A stretch of DNA of 64,000 bases from positions 19,720 to 83,719 of the forward strand of contig JAZDLN010000051.1 of NCBI GenBank assembly GCA_043801965.1, read 5' to 3'. The notes beneath the pieces are model-generated. The model saw only the letters and a list, made by a program, of their open reading frames with translations, ran no database searches and had not been told where the DNA came from. The translations under genes were made by a program, and so were the position numbers. Origin of the DNA: Candidatus Falkowbacteria bacterium. GTDB taxonomy: Bacteria > Patescibacteriota > Patescibacteriia > Patescibacteriales > UBA12075. Below are positions 1-9,946 of the stretch, one piece after another; positions within the stretch are counted from its first letter, which is position 1, and every line of letters starts with the position of its first letter.

Positions 1-1524
1 ACAGCCGCCCGGACAGGCCATCACTTCGATATAATCGTATTTTTTTAAATTTTTCAAAACCGGTTCGACGTGGCCGATGCCGTTAACGACGGCAACCCGG
101 AGCATCTTGCCGGCCACCGCCACGGTCGCTTCTTTTACGCCTTCGCTGCCGCGCACCGCCTTATAATCCACGCGCGACCGGCAAACGCCGCTTCGCCTGT
201 CCCCGCAGGCCAGGACATGAGCGGCACGCAGGGCCGATTCCATGACCCCGCCGGAACCGCCGAAGATCGCGGCCGCTCCGGAATACTTACCCAGCGGATT
301 ATCGGCCCGGCTGGTTTTTAATTTCGACAGGTCTAAATTATTCTTTTTGAGCATAAAAGAAAATTCCCGGGTCGTCAAAACATTATCAACCGGATACAGC
401 CCTTTGATTTTCATCTCCGGACGCTTCGCTTCGTATTTTTTGGCCGTACAGGGCATAATGGAAACCACTACGATATTTTTCGGATCTAACCCCATTTTTT
501 CCGCCCAATAGGTTTTGATTATTCCCCCGCCGTGGATATGGGGGCTTCTCGCCGTGGTCAGATGCGGCAATATTTCGGGATGATATATCTCCGCGTAATT
601 AACCCATCCGGGACAACAGGAGGTAATCATCGGCATTGGCGCTTTCGCGCTCTTTTCGGACAGCCTCGAGAGCAGCTCCTCCGCTTCGATAATGGTCGTT
701 ATATCGGCGGAAAAATTCACGTCAAATACGTAATCGAAACCGAGCTGGCGGAGGCCGGCCACTATCTGCTCCGTGACTATTCGGCCGTAAGGCAAGCCGA
801 AATCTTCTCCGATCGACACGCGGATCGAAGGCGCGAATTGCGCCACCATGACCTTGCCGCTCTTGAATTTATTTTTAATGAGGCTCTCTGTCTCTTTCCA
901 CTGCGCCTGCTCCTGGGCCGCCGATACCGGACAATGAACGGCGCACTGGCCGCAGAGAATGCATTGGATATTTTTCTTTTTGGTCGGAACCACTTCCTGG
1001 TTTACGCCTTTTCCCGCCAGCTCGAGATAATTTATGTTCTGCAGGAGTGAGCAGGCGTCGACGCAATTACGGCAATCGATGCATTGCGTGCCGTCGATCT
1101 CGACGGCATTGGCGAATTTATAAGTTCGGCGGTCTTTCTTCCGGTCGCGGAAGGTAGTGATCAATAGCTGGTATTTTTGGGCAGTTTTAAGGAGCTTGCA
1201 TTCGAAACGCCAAATGCACTCGGGGCACTTTTCAATATGCTCGGCATAAATAAGTTCCAGATTCGCGTTCCTCGCCCTCCTGACGCGTCCGCTTTCGGTC
1301 AATATCTCCATGCCGTCCTCCGCTTTGGTCGAACAGGATGTTACCAGATTTTTCCGTCCGGCCACCTCCACCACGCAAACCCGGCAATTGGCTTTTATCG
1401 GCAGATCAGGATGCCCGCATAGTCCGGGGATATGGATACCCTCGGACATTGCCGCCCGCATGATGGTCGACCCTTCCTCGCAAACCACCGTTTTGCCGTT
1501 TATTTTTATCTTGATCATTTTCAT
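1..1524 (-). CDS. hydA: [FeFe]-hydrogenase catalytic subunit (group A, N-terminal Fe-S domains), 3' end beyond the window edge
   Basis: Manual minus-strand translation from ATG 1524 is open to position 1. It begins MKMIKIKINGK, has a 2Fe-2S region (IPGLCGHP..NCRVCVVE..TSC), HIEKCPECIWRFEC, two CxxCxxCxxxC ferredoxin motifs, and H-cluster motifs TSCCPGW, MPCTAKKYE, EVMACPGGC. Not in the ORF track because no stop codon falls in the window. Confidence 0.95.
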   Translation of the reverse strand, partial: MKMIKIKINGKTVVCEEGSTIMRAAMSEGIHIPGLCGHPDLPIKANCRVCVVEVAGRKNLVTSCSTKAEDGMEILTESGRVRRARNANLELIYAEHIEKCPECIWRFECKLLKTAQKYQLLITTFRDRKKDRRTYKFANAVEIDGTQCIDCRNCVDACSLLQNINYLELAGKGVNQEVVPTKKKNIQCILCGQCAVHCPVSAAQEQAQWKETESLIKNKFKSGKVMVAQFAPSIRVSIGEDFGLPYGRIVTEQIVAGLRQLGFDYVFDVNFSADITTIIEAEELLSRLSEKSAKAPMPMITSCCPGWVNYAEIYHPEILPHLTTARSPHIHGGGIIKTYWAEKMGLDPKNIVVVSIMPCTAKKYEAKRPEMKIKGLYPVDNVLTTREFSFMLKKNNLDLSKLKTSRADNPLGKYSGAAAIFGGSGGVMESALRAAHVLACGDRRSGVCRSRVDYKAVRGSEGVKEATVAVAGKMLRVAVVNGIGHVEPVLKNLKKYDYIEVMACPGGC

Positions 1525-1530
1525 ATGTAT

Positions 1531-2301
1531 TTATAATTTGATCTTTCTCAGATCCTGATAGATCAAATGGGAATAGATCAGGGCAAAAGGCATAAAAGCG
1601 AAAGAGACGATCTGGGAAACAAAATTCCAAATGAGCACGAATATTTCATTTTTCGTGAAAGTCAAGGGAAGAACTATCAATAAAAAAAACAATGCCTGCA
1701 ATAACAATAATCGGCCCGCTACCGCCCACCAATATCCCCGGACCAATTCCCGGCTGCGCTTGATAGCGCTTACCCCCCCGACCCCCTCATAAACCAGGAA
1801 CCAAAGGGCGAAACCGTAATTGACAGCGGCGATAATACCAGGAATGATCAGTAATAAAGTCCAAAGGAAAACGAAAAACGCCGTGATAACACTAGTCGCG
1901 AAAAATTTCCAGGATATTTTTTTCGCCTCCAAAAAAGATCCTTTGACGGTCGGATGCTCCACCGCGTTTTTAACCATGACAAAAAGGCCGGCTCGGGAGA
2001 TAATCGCCATGATCACCAGAAATACCACGCTCCCCGCCCCCAAAAGAATCAGCAGATATCTTAGGAATAACAATACTATATTGCCGTTGTTCAAATAAGT
2101 CAAAACGCCGTTAAGGATAAATATTATCGCCAGGGGTAGCATCCCTAAAAGGGGCACCAATAACATACCGACAAACCGCCAAAAATTATTTTTGTATGAA
2201 ACCCATGATTCTCTTAATAGGTCCGCGACGGGGCTTATTTTTCGGTTTACCGGACCGCCGGCTTCCGCCCCGGCGAGCGTCGTTGTTTGTGATTGTGGCA
2301 T
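1531..2301 (-). CDS. multi-pass membrane protein of unknown function
   Basis: 256 aa, about 5-6 hydrophobic segments, 'LLIIPGII' and 'RSRELVRGYWW' motifs. Confidence 0.75.
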   Translation of the reverse strand: MPQSQTTTLAGAEAGGPVNRKISPVADLLRESWVSYKNNFWRFVGMLLVPLLGMLPLAIIFILNGVLTYLNNGNIVLLFLRYLLILLGAGSVVFLVIMAIISRAGLFVMVKNAVEHPTVKGSFLEAKKISWKFFATSVITAFFVFLWTLLLIIPGIIAAVNYGFALWFLVYEGVGGVSAIKRSRELVRGYWWAVAGRLLLLQALFFLLIVLPLTFTKNEIFVLIWNFVSQIVSFAFMPFALIYSHLIYQDLRKIKL

Positions 2302-2312
2302 GGTTTTAAAAA

Positions 2313-3407
2313 TTAGTTGGTTAATTTACGTGAAAAACAGTCGGAGATCGTTTTTCGGTCGGCTTTGGGCAGTTTCATCCTTTCGCCGACGGGGGTCATG
2401 ATCACGTTTTCCAAAAAAGAAAAAATCGCCGTCGGCGCGGAACTGCCGAGTCCGCAAAAACTCGTTTCGCTCAGGTTATTCAAAAGTTCCATGAGCATCT
2501 GCCAGTTCGTGTTCTTGTCGCCTAAAAGTTCGCGCAGGCGGAAAGTGCCTTCGCGGCAGGGCGTGCATTGTCCGCAGGATTCGGACCGGAAGAAATCCGC
2601 CCATTTTTTTATGAGCGCCATCGGGTCATGCTTGATGGCGCTATACAAGGTTATGGCCCCGCTCCCGACGGCCGGCCGTTTCAGCTGCTTTGAATTCAGC
2701 ACGACCCCGGAACCGTCGCCGCCGACTTGGACAAAAAACTCGAATCCCGGATAATTTTCCGTCTTTTTGAGGATCTTTTCGATGGTCCAGTCGGACGGAA
2801 AACGGTAAACCCCGGTCCAAAGGCAATCACCGTTAATCGTATAAAAACGCTCACCCTTATATTCCCCGGCCGCGGCCAGGCTGACGTCATAGAAGGTTTC
2901 CACGTTATTCACGAGCGTCGGATAATTCCAAAGTCCGTTCGTCGGCGGGAACGGCGGCCGCAAACGCGGTTCGACGCGTTTTCCCTCGATGCCGTTTAAC
3001 ACGGAGGTTTCTTCGCCGCCCGCGTATCCGGCCGTCTTCGGCTTATTGAATATAGTTACGGGCAAAGAGCCGATCGCTTGTTTTAATTTTTTAACCAATT
3101 TCTTGTTTTTCGAATACCGGGGGTTCAGGTAAACATATCCTTTGACGCCAGTCTTCTTCTTACCGCGCCCGCGGTCACTTAAATATTCGATAGCCAGTCT
3201 CATGCCGTCAATGAATCGTTCCGGATGATTTTCCAGTATGAACAGGTCTTTCTTTACGCCCGGTTCCCCTTCGGAAGCGTTGGCGATCACGTATTTTTCG
3301 CTTCCATGGGCCTTTTTCACGAATTCCCACTTAAGACCGGCTGGAAAACAGCCGCCACCGCGGCCGACCAAACCGGTTTTTTTAAGTTGGGTTATTATAT
3401 TGGGCAT
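2313..3407 (-). CDS. NuoF/HydB-like FMN/NADH-binding diaphorase subunit (compact form)
   Basis: GLVGRGGGCFPAGLKW, NASEGEPG, GGEETSVL..IEG, NNVET, ESCGQCTPCREG..CGLG 4Fe-4S motif. Confidence 0.9.
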   Translation of the reverse strand: MPNIITQLKKTGLVGRGGGCFPAGLKWEFVKKAHGSEKYVIANASEGEPGVKKDLFILENHPERFIDGMRLAIEYLSDRGRGKKKTGVKGYVYLNPRYSKNKKLVKKLKQAIGSLPVTIFNKPKTAGYAGGEETSVLNGIEGKRVEPRLRPPFPPTNGLWNYPTLVNNVETFYDVSLAAAGEYKGERFYTINGDCLWTGVYRFPSDWTIEKILKKTENYPGFEFFVQVGGDGSGVVLNSKQLKRPAVGSGAITLYSAIKHDPMALIKKWADFFRSESCGQCTPCREGTFRLRELLGDKNTNWQMLMELLNNLSETSFCGLGSSAPTAIFSFLENVIMTPVGERMKLPKADRKTISDCFSRKLTN

Positions 3408-3491
3408 AAAGCATTCTTAATATATTTAATAATCGAGAAACAGGATACAAAGTCATCTGTTCCTGCGTCTTTCCATCGCTTAAATTCTGAA

Positions 3492-4499
3492 TTAAACCAA
3501 TCTTTTCCTCCCCATATAATCAACCAGATCAACCATCCTGTTCGAATATCCCCATTCGTTATCGTACCAGGCGATCACTTTCACTAAATTGCCGCCGACC
3601 ACTTTCGTGAGGCCAAGGTCTATTATCGAACTGGCCGGGTTGCCGATTATATCGGTCGATACCAAGGGCGCGTCCGTAACCTCCAGAATACCTTTAAGGC
3701 GGGCGCTTCGGGCAGCTTTTTTAAAGCAGGCGTTTATTTTCTTTTCGTCAGTTTTTTTCCGGGTAACGAAAACGATATCGCAAAGCGATCCCACCGGGGT
3801 CGGAACGCGAACCGACATCCCGTCGAATTTTCCCCTTAAGGCCGGGATGGTTTCGGCCGCGGCGATAGCGGCTCCGGTCGTCGTCGGCACCATGTTTATG
3901 CCCGCGGCCCTGGCCCGCCTTAAATCCTTATGCGGGCCGTCCACTATCCGCTGGTCCGCGGTATAGGAGTGGATCGTGGTCATGATCGCTTTTTCAATTC
4001 CGAATTCCCGCCTGATAACGTCGGTCGCCGGGGCCAGGCAGTTGGTCGTACAGGAGGCGTTAGACAGGATCCGGTCGGTTTTTTTTATTTTATCTTCGTT
4101 CACTCCCATGACGATCGTTTTTATATTGCCTTTGGCGGGCGCGCTTATGATCACTTTTTTGGCGCCGGCCTTTAGGTGGAGCCCCGCTCCGTCCTTGTCC
4201 CTGAAAAAACCGGTCGATTCGATCACTACGTCCACTTCCATTTCTCTCCAAGGCAGTTCCCCCGGATCTTTGGCGGCAAAAACCGGATATTTCCTGTTAT
4301 TTACGATCAGGGCGTCTTTTTTATATCCGACTTTCCCCGCAAAACGGCCATATACCGAATCGTACGCGAGCAAATGCGCCAGAGTGGCCGTATCGGTCAG
4401 ATCGTTTATGCCGACGATTTTATGCGCCGACTTTTTACTTAAAACGGCCTTGAATACGGCCCGGCCGATTCTGCCGAAACCATTAATAGCGATATTCAT
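3492..4499 (-). CDS. gap: glyceraldehyde-3-phosphate dehydrogenase (type I)
   Basis: INGFGRIGR, catalytic SNASCTTNCL, WYDNEWGYS; start moved to ATG 4499 (MNIAING). Confidence 0.97.
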   Translation of the reverse strand: MNIAINGFGRIGRAVFKAVLSKKSAHKIVGINDLTDTATLAHLLAYDSVYGRFAGKVGYKKDALIVNNRKYPVFAAKDPGELPWREMEVDVVIESTGFFRDKDGAGLHLKAGAKKVIISAPAKGNIKTIVMGVNEDKIKKTDRILSNASCTTNCLAPATDVIRREFGIEKAIMTTIHSYTADQRIVDGPHKDLRRARAAGINMVPTTTGAAIAAAETIPALRGKFDGMSVRVPTPVGSLCDIVFVTRKKTDEKKINACFKKAARSARLKGILEVTDAPLVSTDIIGNPASSIIDLGLTKVVGGNLVKVIAWYDNEWGYSNRMVDLVDYMGRKRLV

Positions 4500-4680
4500 A
4501 GTTTTTGTAATTTTAATTAATAATTCCAAAAAGATAAAATCTAAAAGCTAAAATATAAAAGCTAAAAGCTAAAAGCTATTAATATTATATCACAAATTAC
4601 GAAAAACAAAAAAGCCCCTTTTTTTAAAACTAAAAAAGGGAATGGACAAAAATCCATTCCCTGGCGGTTTTTAAAAATTC

Positions 4681-5706
4681 TTAAGGCTTTTCGATAAAGC
4701 CGAGGCTCTTCAGGAAAGGCCCGATCTTTATGAAAGCATAACCCACGGAGAAGGGCGGCGGCGGAAACATAAAGGAAGCTATACCGACGATCTTGCCTTC
4801 GCCCCGCTCGTTTACGCGAAATAGCATTGAGCCGCTTGAGCCATCTACTATGACCATGTCCGTCAAAGCGAAGTTTTTCGTGTCAAAATCAAGCTTATTA
4901 AGCACAAGCTTCTCGAGATGGATATTGGCGGATACGCCCTTGTAAAGCTGCTCGATAATCATGCGGGGAGCGCCCCAGATATATATGGTTTCGCCGTACA
5001 TAAGGTCATGTTCGGTATCGTGATCGGATAAAGTCACGTAATCAAGCTGTCCGTCAAGGTGCTTTAAGCGCACGCCGGCGCTGTCGTTTTTGGGGTCGCT
5101 CCGGTAACTGTCCGGGGTCAAGTAAAATTCTTGGCTCGCGGCCAATTCCTGTCTGGCGGAGAAAAAATCGTCAAAATCCTGTTCACTGACGCAGTCCAGA
5201 AAAAATGGCCGCTGGTCCATGAACATGCGGATATCCGGATAGCGGTACGCTTTTTCTTTTACGAATCCGTCGGTCGCTTTGGCTATGGCGTTGACGGCGG
5301 AGCAATCACGGACAATGAAATATCTGGACTTTTTATGCTGCCAGACCACTTCTCCGACCATGGGCCCCAAAGGCGTCATTTGTCCGACTTGAAATGTTTT
5401 TAACGTTTCGCTGTCCAGCACGTGATGCGCGGTAAAAAGCCAATGTTCCTGGCCATAGATATATCCGCTGCCCGTAGACATGAACATGAAGCCCTTCTTT
5501 TTCCCGCCCAGATCCGCTTCGGTTTCATAATAATCGAAAACCGCGATCTTTACGCTGGCTTTCAGAAACCTTTCGGCTACATTATTGATTATTTGCGCGT
5601 CGCTTGGGGGAACAGCATCCGTCCCTCCGCAGGAGGCGCAGCTGAATATGAGAAAACAGCTGAATAATAACATCATTATGCCGCTAAAATAACGCCCGAT
5701 TTTCAT
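4681..5706 (-). CDS. trypsin-like (S1) serine protease, probable lipoprotein
   Basis: Signal peptide with Cys, TAHHV (His), NDSA (Asp), DGSSGS (Ser); strong SD upstream. Confidence 0.7.
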   Translation of the reverse strand: MKIGRYFSGIMMLLFSCFLIFSCASCGGTDAVPPSDAQIINNVAERFLKASVKIAVFDYYETEADLGGKKKGFMFMSTGSGYIYGQEHWLFTAHHVLDSETLKTFQVGQMTPLGPMVGEVVWQHKKSRYFIVRDCSAVNAIAKATDGFVKEKAYRYPDIRMFMDQRPFFLDCVSEQDFDDFFSARQELAASQEFYLTPDSYRSDPKNDSAGVRLKHLDGQLDYVTLSDHDTEHDLMYGETIYIWGAPRMIIEQLYKGVSANIHLEKLVLNKLDFDTKNFALTDMVIVDGSSGSMLFRVNERGEGKIVGIASFMFPPPPFSVGYAFIKIGPFLKSLGFIEKP

Positions 5707-5858
5707 TTAATACTCCTCTCCGGCAATTGTCAAAGAACCTGCCGCTTCGCGCCTAAATAAGCAATAAAATTTTGTTTTAAAAACGAGTATCCTGAAGCTA
5801 TTTTCATTATCGCACAATACAATAAATATGACAACTGCGCATATTTATAATGTCAAAT

Positions 5859-5881
5859 AAAACACCCGCCGAAGCGGGTGT
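5859..5881 (-). terminator. intrinsic terminator after the PSP1 gene
   Basis: acacccgc-cgaa-gcgggtgt hairpin with an A-run on the plus strand (U-run on minus). Confidence 0.65.
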
Positions 5882-5899
5882 CGCGAATAATATATCAAT

Positions 5900-6802
5900 T
5901 TATTTATCCTTCTTGTTTTTTTTCTTGTCCCTGTTCAAATCGACCTCGATCACGGTAACGGCGCCGTTCTCTCCGGCGAACTCCACGTCGACCGATTGCT
6001 TTAAGGTGTGATGGCCGACGATCACTCCTCTTTTGCCGTCAACGTTGACTTTGGTGCCGATCGGCGGCATGCTGCCGCGGAGATGTTCATAACCGGCCTG
6101 TTCGTAGGCCAGACAGCACATAAGCCTGCCGCAGATCCCCGATATCCGGTCCGAGCCGCGGTGAGAGCACTGCTGCAATTCAGCCATCTCGCTCGTGATC
6201 GAAACCAGATTGTTAAGATGGCCGCGGCAGCAAAGTTCCTGGCCGCAATGCCCGATATCACCGGTTACCCGGGCCTCGTCGCGTATGCCTATCTGCTGCA
6301 GCCTTATCGTCCGGCCGAAATGCCTGGTCAATTCTTTGACCAATTCACGGAAATCGACCCGGCCATCGGCGATAAAGGCGAAAGTGATGCGCGAACCATC
6401 GAAAGCGAAATGCACGTCGATGAATTTCATGGGGAGATTCTGCTTATCCTTAAGATCTTTGGCGTAATCCAGAGCCTTCTTCTTTTCGGCTAAATTAGGT
6501 ACTTTTTCCATATCCCGGTCGGTGGCCACCCGCAAAACCGGTTTTATTTCCTTGCTTTCGTTTGCTTCCGCGGTCTCCTCCGGATTACCGGGAGTCTCAG
6601 TATTATCGGCGGCTATGTTCGTAACGGATTTTTTTTCCTCTTCTACGTTCGCCTCTCCTTCGACAAAACCCACCACCTCGCCGATCTCTATTCCCATATC
6701 GGTTCTGACCACGACTTTATCGCCTTCCGACAAATTCAGGTCGTTAGCGGAAAAATTATAAACCTTGTCCCAGGGAGTGAACTGTATTTGAGCTAATTTC
6801 AT
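5900..6802 (-). CDS. PSP1 C-terminal domain protein (RicT/YaaT family)
   Basis: F.ADGRVDFRELVKEL, QIGIRDEAR..G.IG.CGQELCC, ISGICGRLMCCL.YE. Confidence 0.9.
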   Translation of the reverse strand: MKLAQIQFTPWDKVYNFSANDLNLSEGDKVVVRTDMGIEIGEVVGFVEGEANVEEEKKSVTNIAADNTETPGNPEETAEANESKEIKPVLRVATDRDMEKVPNLAEKKKALDYAKDLKDKQNLPMKFIDVHFAFDGSRITFAFIADGRVDFRELVKELTRHFGRTIRLQQIGIRDEARVTGDIGHCGQELCCRGHLNNLVSITSEMAELQQCSHRGSDRISGICGRLMCCLAYEQAGYEHLRGSMPPIGTKVNVDGKRGVIVGHHTLKQSVDVEFAGENGAVTVIEVDLNRDKKKNKKDK

Positions 6803-6810
6803 ATATCAAG

Positions 6811-6880
6811 AAACATAAAACATGAAGCATGAAACACGACATTTTTCGTGCTGCGTGTTGAGTGTTGCGTGTTATGTTTT
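6811..6880. repeat. degenerate 7-mer tandem repeats in inverted arrangement
   Basis: aaacata-aaacatg-aagcatg-aaacacg followed by cgtgctg-cgtgttg-agtgttg-cgtgtta-tgtttt. Confidence 0.7.
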
Positions 6881-7687
6881 TTATAAACTATACCTGACGA
6901 ATCCCGCGATCTTAACATCGCCCAAAACCTCTTCTACCTTCTTCTTGTCATCCTTGATGTACTCCTGTTTAACCAGACAGACATCCTCGTAATATTTATT
7001 GATCTTGCCTTCGAGGATCTTTTCTATGATATTCGCCGGCTTGCCTTCTTTGGCGAGCTGTTCGCGGTAAATTTCCATCTCCTTACCGACCTCCGCCGCC
7101 GGTACGTCTTCCGGCCGAAGGTATTTAGGATTCGCGGCCGCGATCTGCATGGCCATGTCATAAGCCAGATCGCCTTTTCCCGCCTCTTCCAACGACACTA
7201 AAACGCCGATCCGTCCGCCCGAATGGCTGTAAGCGGCGATAGTCCCGGCCGAAGACAGGACCGAGAACCGCTTGATGCCCATTTTCTCCCCGACGGTACC
7301 GGACAAGCCGTCCAGAACCTCTTTGACCGTTCCGCCCGTCAGCGGCAAGTTTTCCAGCTCTTCCAGGCTTTGCGGTTTCTTTTCTTTAATGACCTCTAAA
7401 ATATCATCTGATAATTTAAGAAATTTTTCGTTAAGGGCCACGAAATCGGTTTCGGCGTTCACCTCAAGGATATAGCCTTCGTTGCCGGCTTCGTTCACGC
7501 CCAATTTTATCACGCCCTCGGAGGCTTCGCGTCCGCTTCGTTTCGCCGCCTTGGCTATGCCTTTCTTGCGCAGTATATCCACCGCCTTATCTAAATCGTC
7601 ACCGGCTTCCGTCAGGGCGTTCTTGCAATCGACCATTCCGGCGCCGGTTTGCTCGCGTAATTGTTTGATTATTTCTAAGCTGCTCAT
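6881..7687 (-). CDS. tsf: translation elongation factor Ts
   Basis: LREQTGAGMVDCKNAL, EVNAETDFVA; follows rpsB. Confidence 0.97.
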   Translation of the reverse strand: MSSLEIIKQLREQTGAGMVDCKNALTEAGDDLDKAVDILRKKGIAKAAKRSGREASEGVIKLGVNEAGNEGYILEVNAETDFVALNEKFLKLSDDILEVIKEKKPQSLEELENLPLTGGTVKEVLDGLSGTVGEKMGIKRFSVLSSAGTIAAYSHSGGRIGVLVSLEEAGKGDLAYDMAMQIAAANPKYLRPEDVPAAEVGKEMEIYREQLAKEGKPANIIEKILEGKINKYYEDVCLVKQEYIKDDKKKVEEVLGDVKIAGFVRYSL

Positions 7688-7770
7688 ATTTTAAATTTAG
7701 GTATTAGGCGTGGCCGTCGGGGCCGGTAAAACCGGCGTTAAAACCTAACGACTTAAGCCAAAACTAATAA

Positions 7771-8469
7771 TTATTTTTTATTCGCCGCCGCTTTACCCTC
7801 GTTGATCGTGTCTTTAATGAGACCCAGAACGAGCTTGATGGTCTTCGTGGCGTCATCATTGGACGGAATCACGTAATTTATGCCGGTCGGATTAACGTTG
7901 GTGTCGCAGATAGCGATCAAGGGTATATTCTTCTTCCTGGCTTCGGTAACCGCGGTTTTCTCGTGTTTTATATCCCAGACGAAGATCGCGTCCGGCAAGC
8001 GGGAAAGTTTCGTGAGACCGCCCACCCGGAGTTCGAGCCTCTTTATCTCCCGATCGAATTCCAGCCGTTCTTTTTTCGTGTACTTGTCGAGCTTGCCGGT
8101 ACTCTTATCGTCCAGAAGATCCTTGTATTTTTTGATAAGTTTTTTGATGATCAGGAAATTGGTCAGACAGCCGCCCATCCATTTCTCCGAAATATAGGGC
8201 ATGTCGACTTCTTCGGCCATGTCTTTCAGTGGTTTTTTTACCTGCATCTTCGTGCCGACAAAAAGTATCATCTTGCCTTCGGCCGCGAATTTTTTCATGA
8301 ACTCGAGCGCGGTTTCGAGCATCTTCCGGGATTTGACGAGATCGATAACGTGCACGCCGCCATGCGCGCCGAAAATAAAAGGCTCCATTTTAGGGTGCCA
8401 TTTGCTGGTGCGATGCCCGAAATGCATGCCGGCTTTGAGCATCTGTTCGATGGTCGGTAGTTTTGTCAT
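7771..8469 (-). CDS. rpsB: 30S ribosomal protein S2
   Basis: AGMHFGH..SKWHPKM, FVGTK, DTNVNP..I.YVIPSNDD. Confidence 0.98.
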   Translation of the reverse strand: MTKLPTIEQMLKAGMHFGHRTSKWHPKMEPFIFGAHGGVHVIDLVKSRKMLETALEFMKKFAAEGKMILFVGTKMQVKKPLKDMAEEVDMPYISEKWMGGCLTNFLIIKKLIKKYKDLLDDKSTGKLDKYTKKERLEFDREIKRLELRVGGLTKLSRLPDAIFVWDIKHEKTAVTEARKKNIPLIAICDTNVNPTGINYVIPSNDDATKTIKLVLGLIKDTINEGKAAANKK

Positions 8470-8482
8470 AAATTTCCTTTTT

Positions 8483-8610
8483 GCCTCTACCCCCCATATA
8501 ATGCGAATCTACGAATTATGCGGATTCTACGAACATGCGAATTGATTTTAACGCAGTTCATGTATCCGCCGATCAGCATTACAAGGAAAATTTTTAAGGG
8601 GTATGAGTGA
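8483..8610 (-). promoter_or_regulatory. putative rpsB leader (t44/S2 autoregulatory RNA-like)
   Basis: The minus strand reads CACUCAUACCCC...GGGGGUAGAGGC immediately before the rpsB start region, the outer-helix layout recalled for rpsB leaders. Resemblance judged by eye. Confidence 0.45.
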
Positions 8611-8783
8611 TTTTATTTAATAAATAATAGCCTTTAAGGAGGCTACAAAAAATAATTAACAATGATTATTCGCGATTTATCCGCGTAACAATTCGCGTAA
8701 AATCAGCGTTAAAATAATTCTGGCTGATTATACGCTAATCGCACTGCGGTCTTTACGCTTATTAATCATTGATATTAGTAAAT

Positions 8784-8810
8784 ATTATAACATTTCAAAA
8801 TAATTGTCAA
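8784..8810 (-). promoter_or_regulatory. sigma70-type promoter for rpsB-tsf
   Basis: Minus strand TTGACA-15 nt-TATAAT with TG extended -10. Confidence 0.5.
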
Positions 8811-8906
8811 CCCTTGACTAATTATGATATTTATGCTTAAATTAAGTAATAAAATCCAAAAAATATTAATTCAATTTTGCTCGTTGACAATCAATAGGGG
8901 GGGGGC

Positions 8907-9104
8907 GTGAAAAAAAATGCCAAGTACAGTTTAAGGCGCGGGACAAGTAACGAAAATGACTGGGTTATTATTGACCAACAAGGAAAAACGGTCCTGGAAC
9001 TAAGCCGATACGATATGTGGGAAATAGAAGAAAAATTCAATAAAATTCGCGAGGAATCGCGCCGGACCCAATCCTTTGCCGGTATGCCTGGAACAAGAGC
9101 TTAA
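8907..9104 (+). CDS. hypothetical protein
   Basis: 65 aa, G-rich SD before GTG; first of a plus-strand orphan cluster. Confidence 0.55.
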   Translation: MKKNAKYSLRRGTSNENDWVIIDQQGKTVLELSRYDMWEIEEKFNKIREESRRTQSFAGMPGTRA

Positions 9105-9200
9105 AATAATCATTTGGTTGTTACAACGTAGAAAAACCACGAAAAATAGATGACCCGGGGGCAGGGCTCCGAAAAATATTCTGATTTAAGGAGAAAAAAG

Positions 9201-9659
9201 ATGGATTCTAAAAAAATAACTGTTTATGACCATGTTATAGAGGATCATTCCGGCGCGCATTTCCACGCCTACATGCTCAAAGCCTGCCCGGTCTGCGGCG
9301 GCAAACATCTGGACACGGTTGATATTTGTCCGGAAAAAAATCAGCCGATCACGGCAAGAGCGGCCAAACGCCTGGCCAAGGAAAAATATATTGCGGAAAA
9401 CATTCCGGATATGAAATATATGATGCGTTCTCTCGTGGCCGGCGCCATTGCGGCCTTAATTTCTATATTAACGGTGTTCTTCAGCTATGATAAATTTCAA
9501 AGCATTGATCCGGATAAGGGATTTACTATTACGGCCCTGGCGTTCATGCTGCCGCTTATACTGAGTTATGTTGTTGGCGTTCGCTTGGAAGTAAAACGGA
9601 AAAACCGCGTCCTGGCGGAATTTGAGGCAATACAAAGAGAGAGGGGAAAAATAAAGTGA
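9201..9659 (+). CDS. hypothetical membrane protein with CxxC motif
   Basis: AAGGAG SD before ATG 9201; CPVCGGKH..C followed by two TM helices. Confidence 0.7.
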   Translation: MDSKKITVYDHVIEDHSGAHFHAYMLKACPVCGGKHLDTVDICPEKNQPITARAAKRLAKEKYIAENIPDMKYMMRSLVAGAIAALISILTVFFSYDKFQSIDPDKGFTITALAFMLPLILSYVVGVRLEVKRKNRVLAEFEAIQRERGKIK

Positions 9660-9928
9660 AAAAAGAAAACGCCTGGCGCGAATTTCTGGATAAACATTAT
9701 CCATACAGAAAGATGACTCTGTTCTGGATTTTTATAATGCTACTCAGCGTCTCATCGTCCTTATGGCTGGTCCGGACACTTGAAAAATTGGTCTGGCTTA
9801 ATAACGGACTTTCTCCCCTTATCTCTCTTATCCCCTTTGCCGCGCTCTTTCTTCTCGGCATCGCCATGGAAATAAGGGTAGAAAACAAAATTCAGACAAA
9901 ATTTGAAAACCGACATGTAACAAAATAA
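9656..9928 (+). CDS. small two-TM hypothetical protein
   Basis: GTGA overlap with the upstream stop; two hydrophobic segments. Confidence 0.6.
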   Translation: MKKENAWREFLDKHYPYRKMTLFWIFIMLLSVSSSLWLVRTLEKLVWLNNGLSPLISLIPFAALFLLGIAMEIRVENKIQTKFENRHVTK

Positions 9929-9946
9929 ACCACCGGGAGGGCCGAT

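Noticed and set aside
70-1630. Several short ORFs in the track over the first 1.6 kb
   Set aside because: They are shadows of the minus-strand hydrogenase frame (1-1524), which has all the diagnostic motifs.
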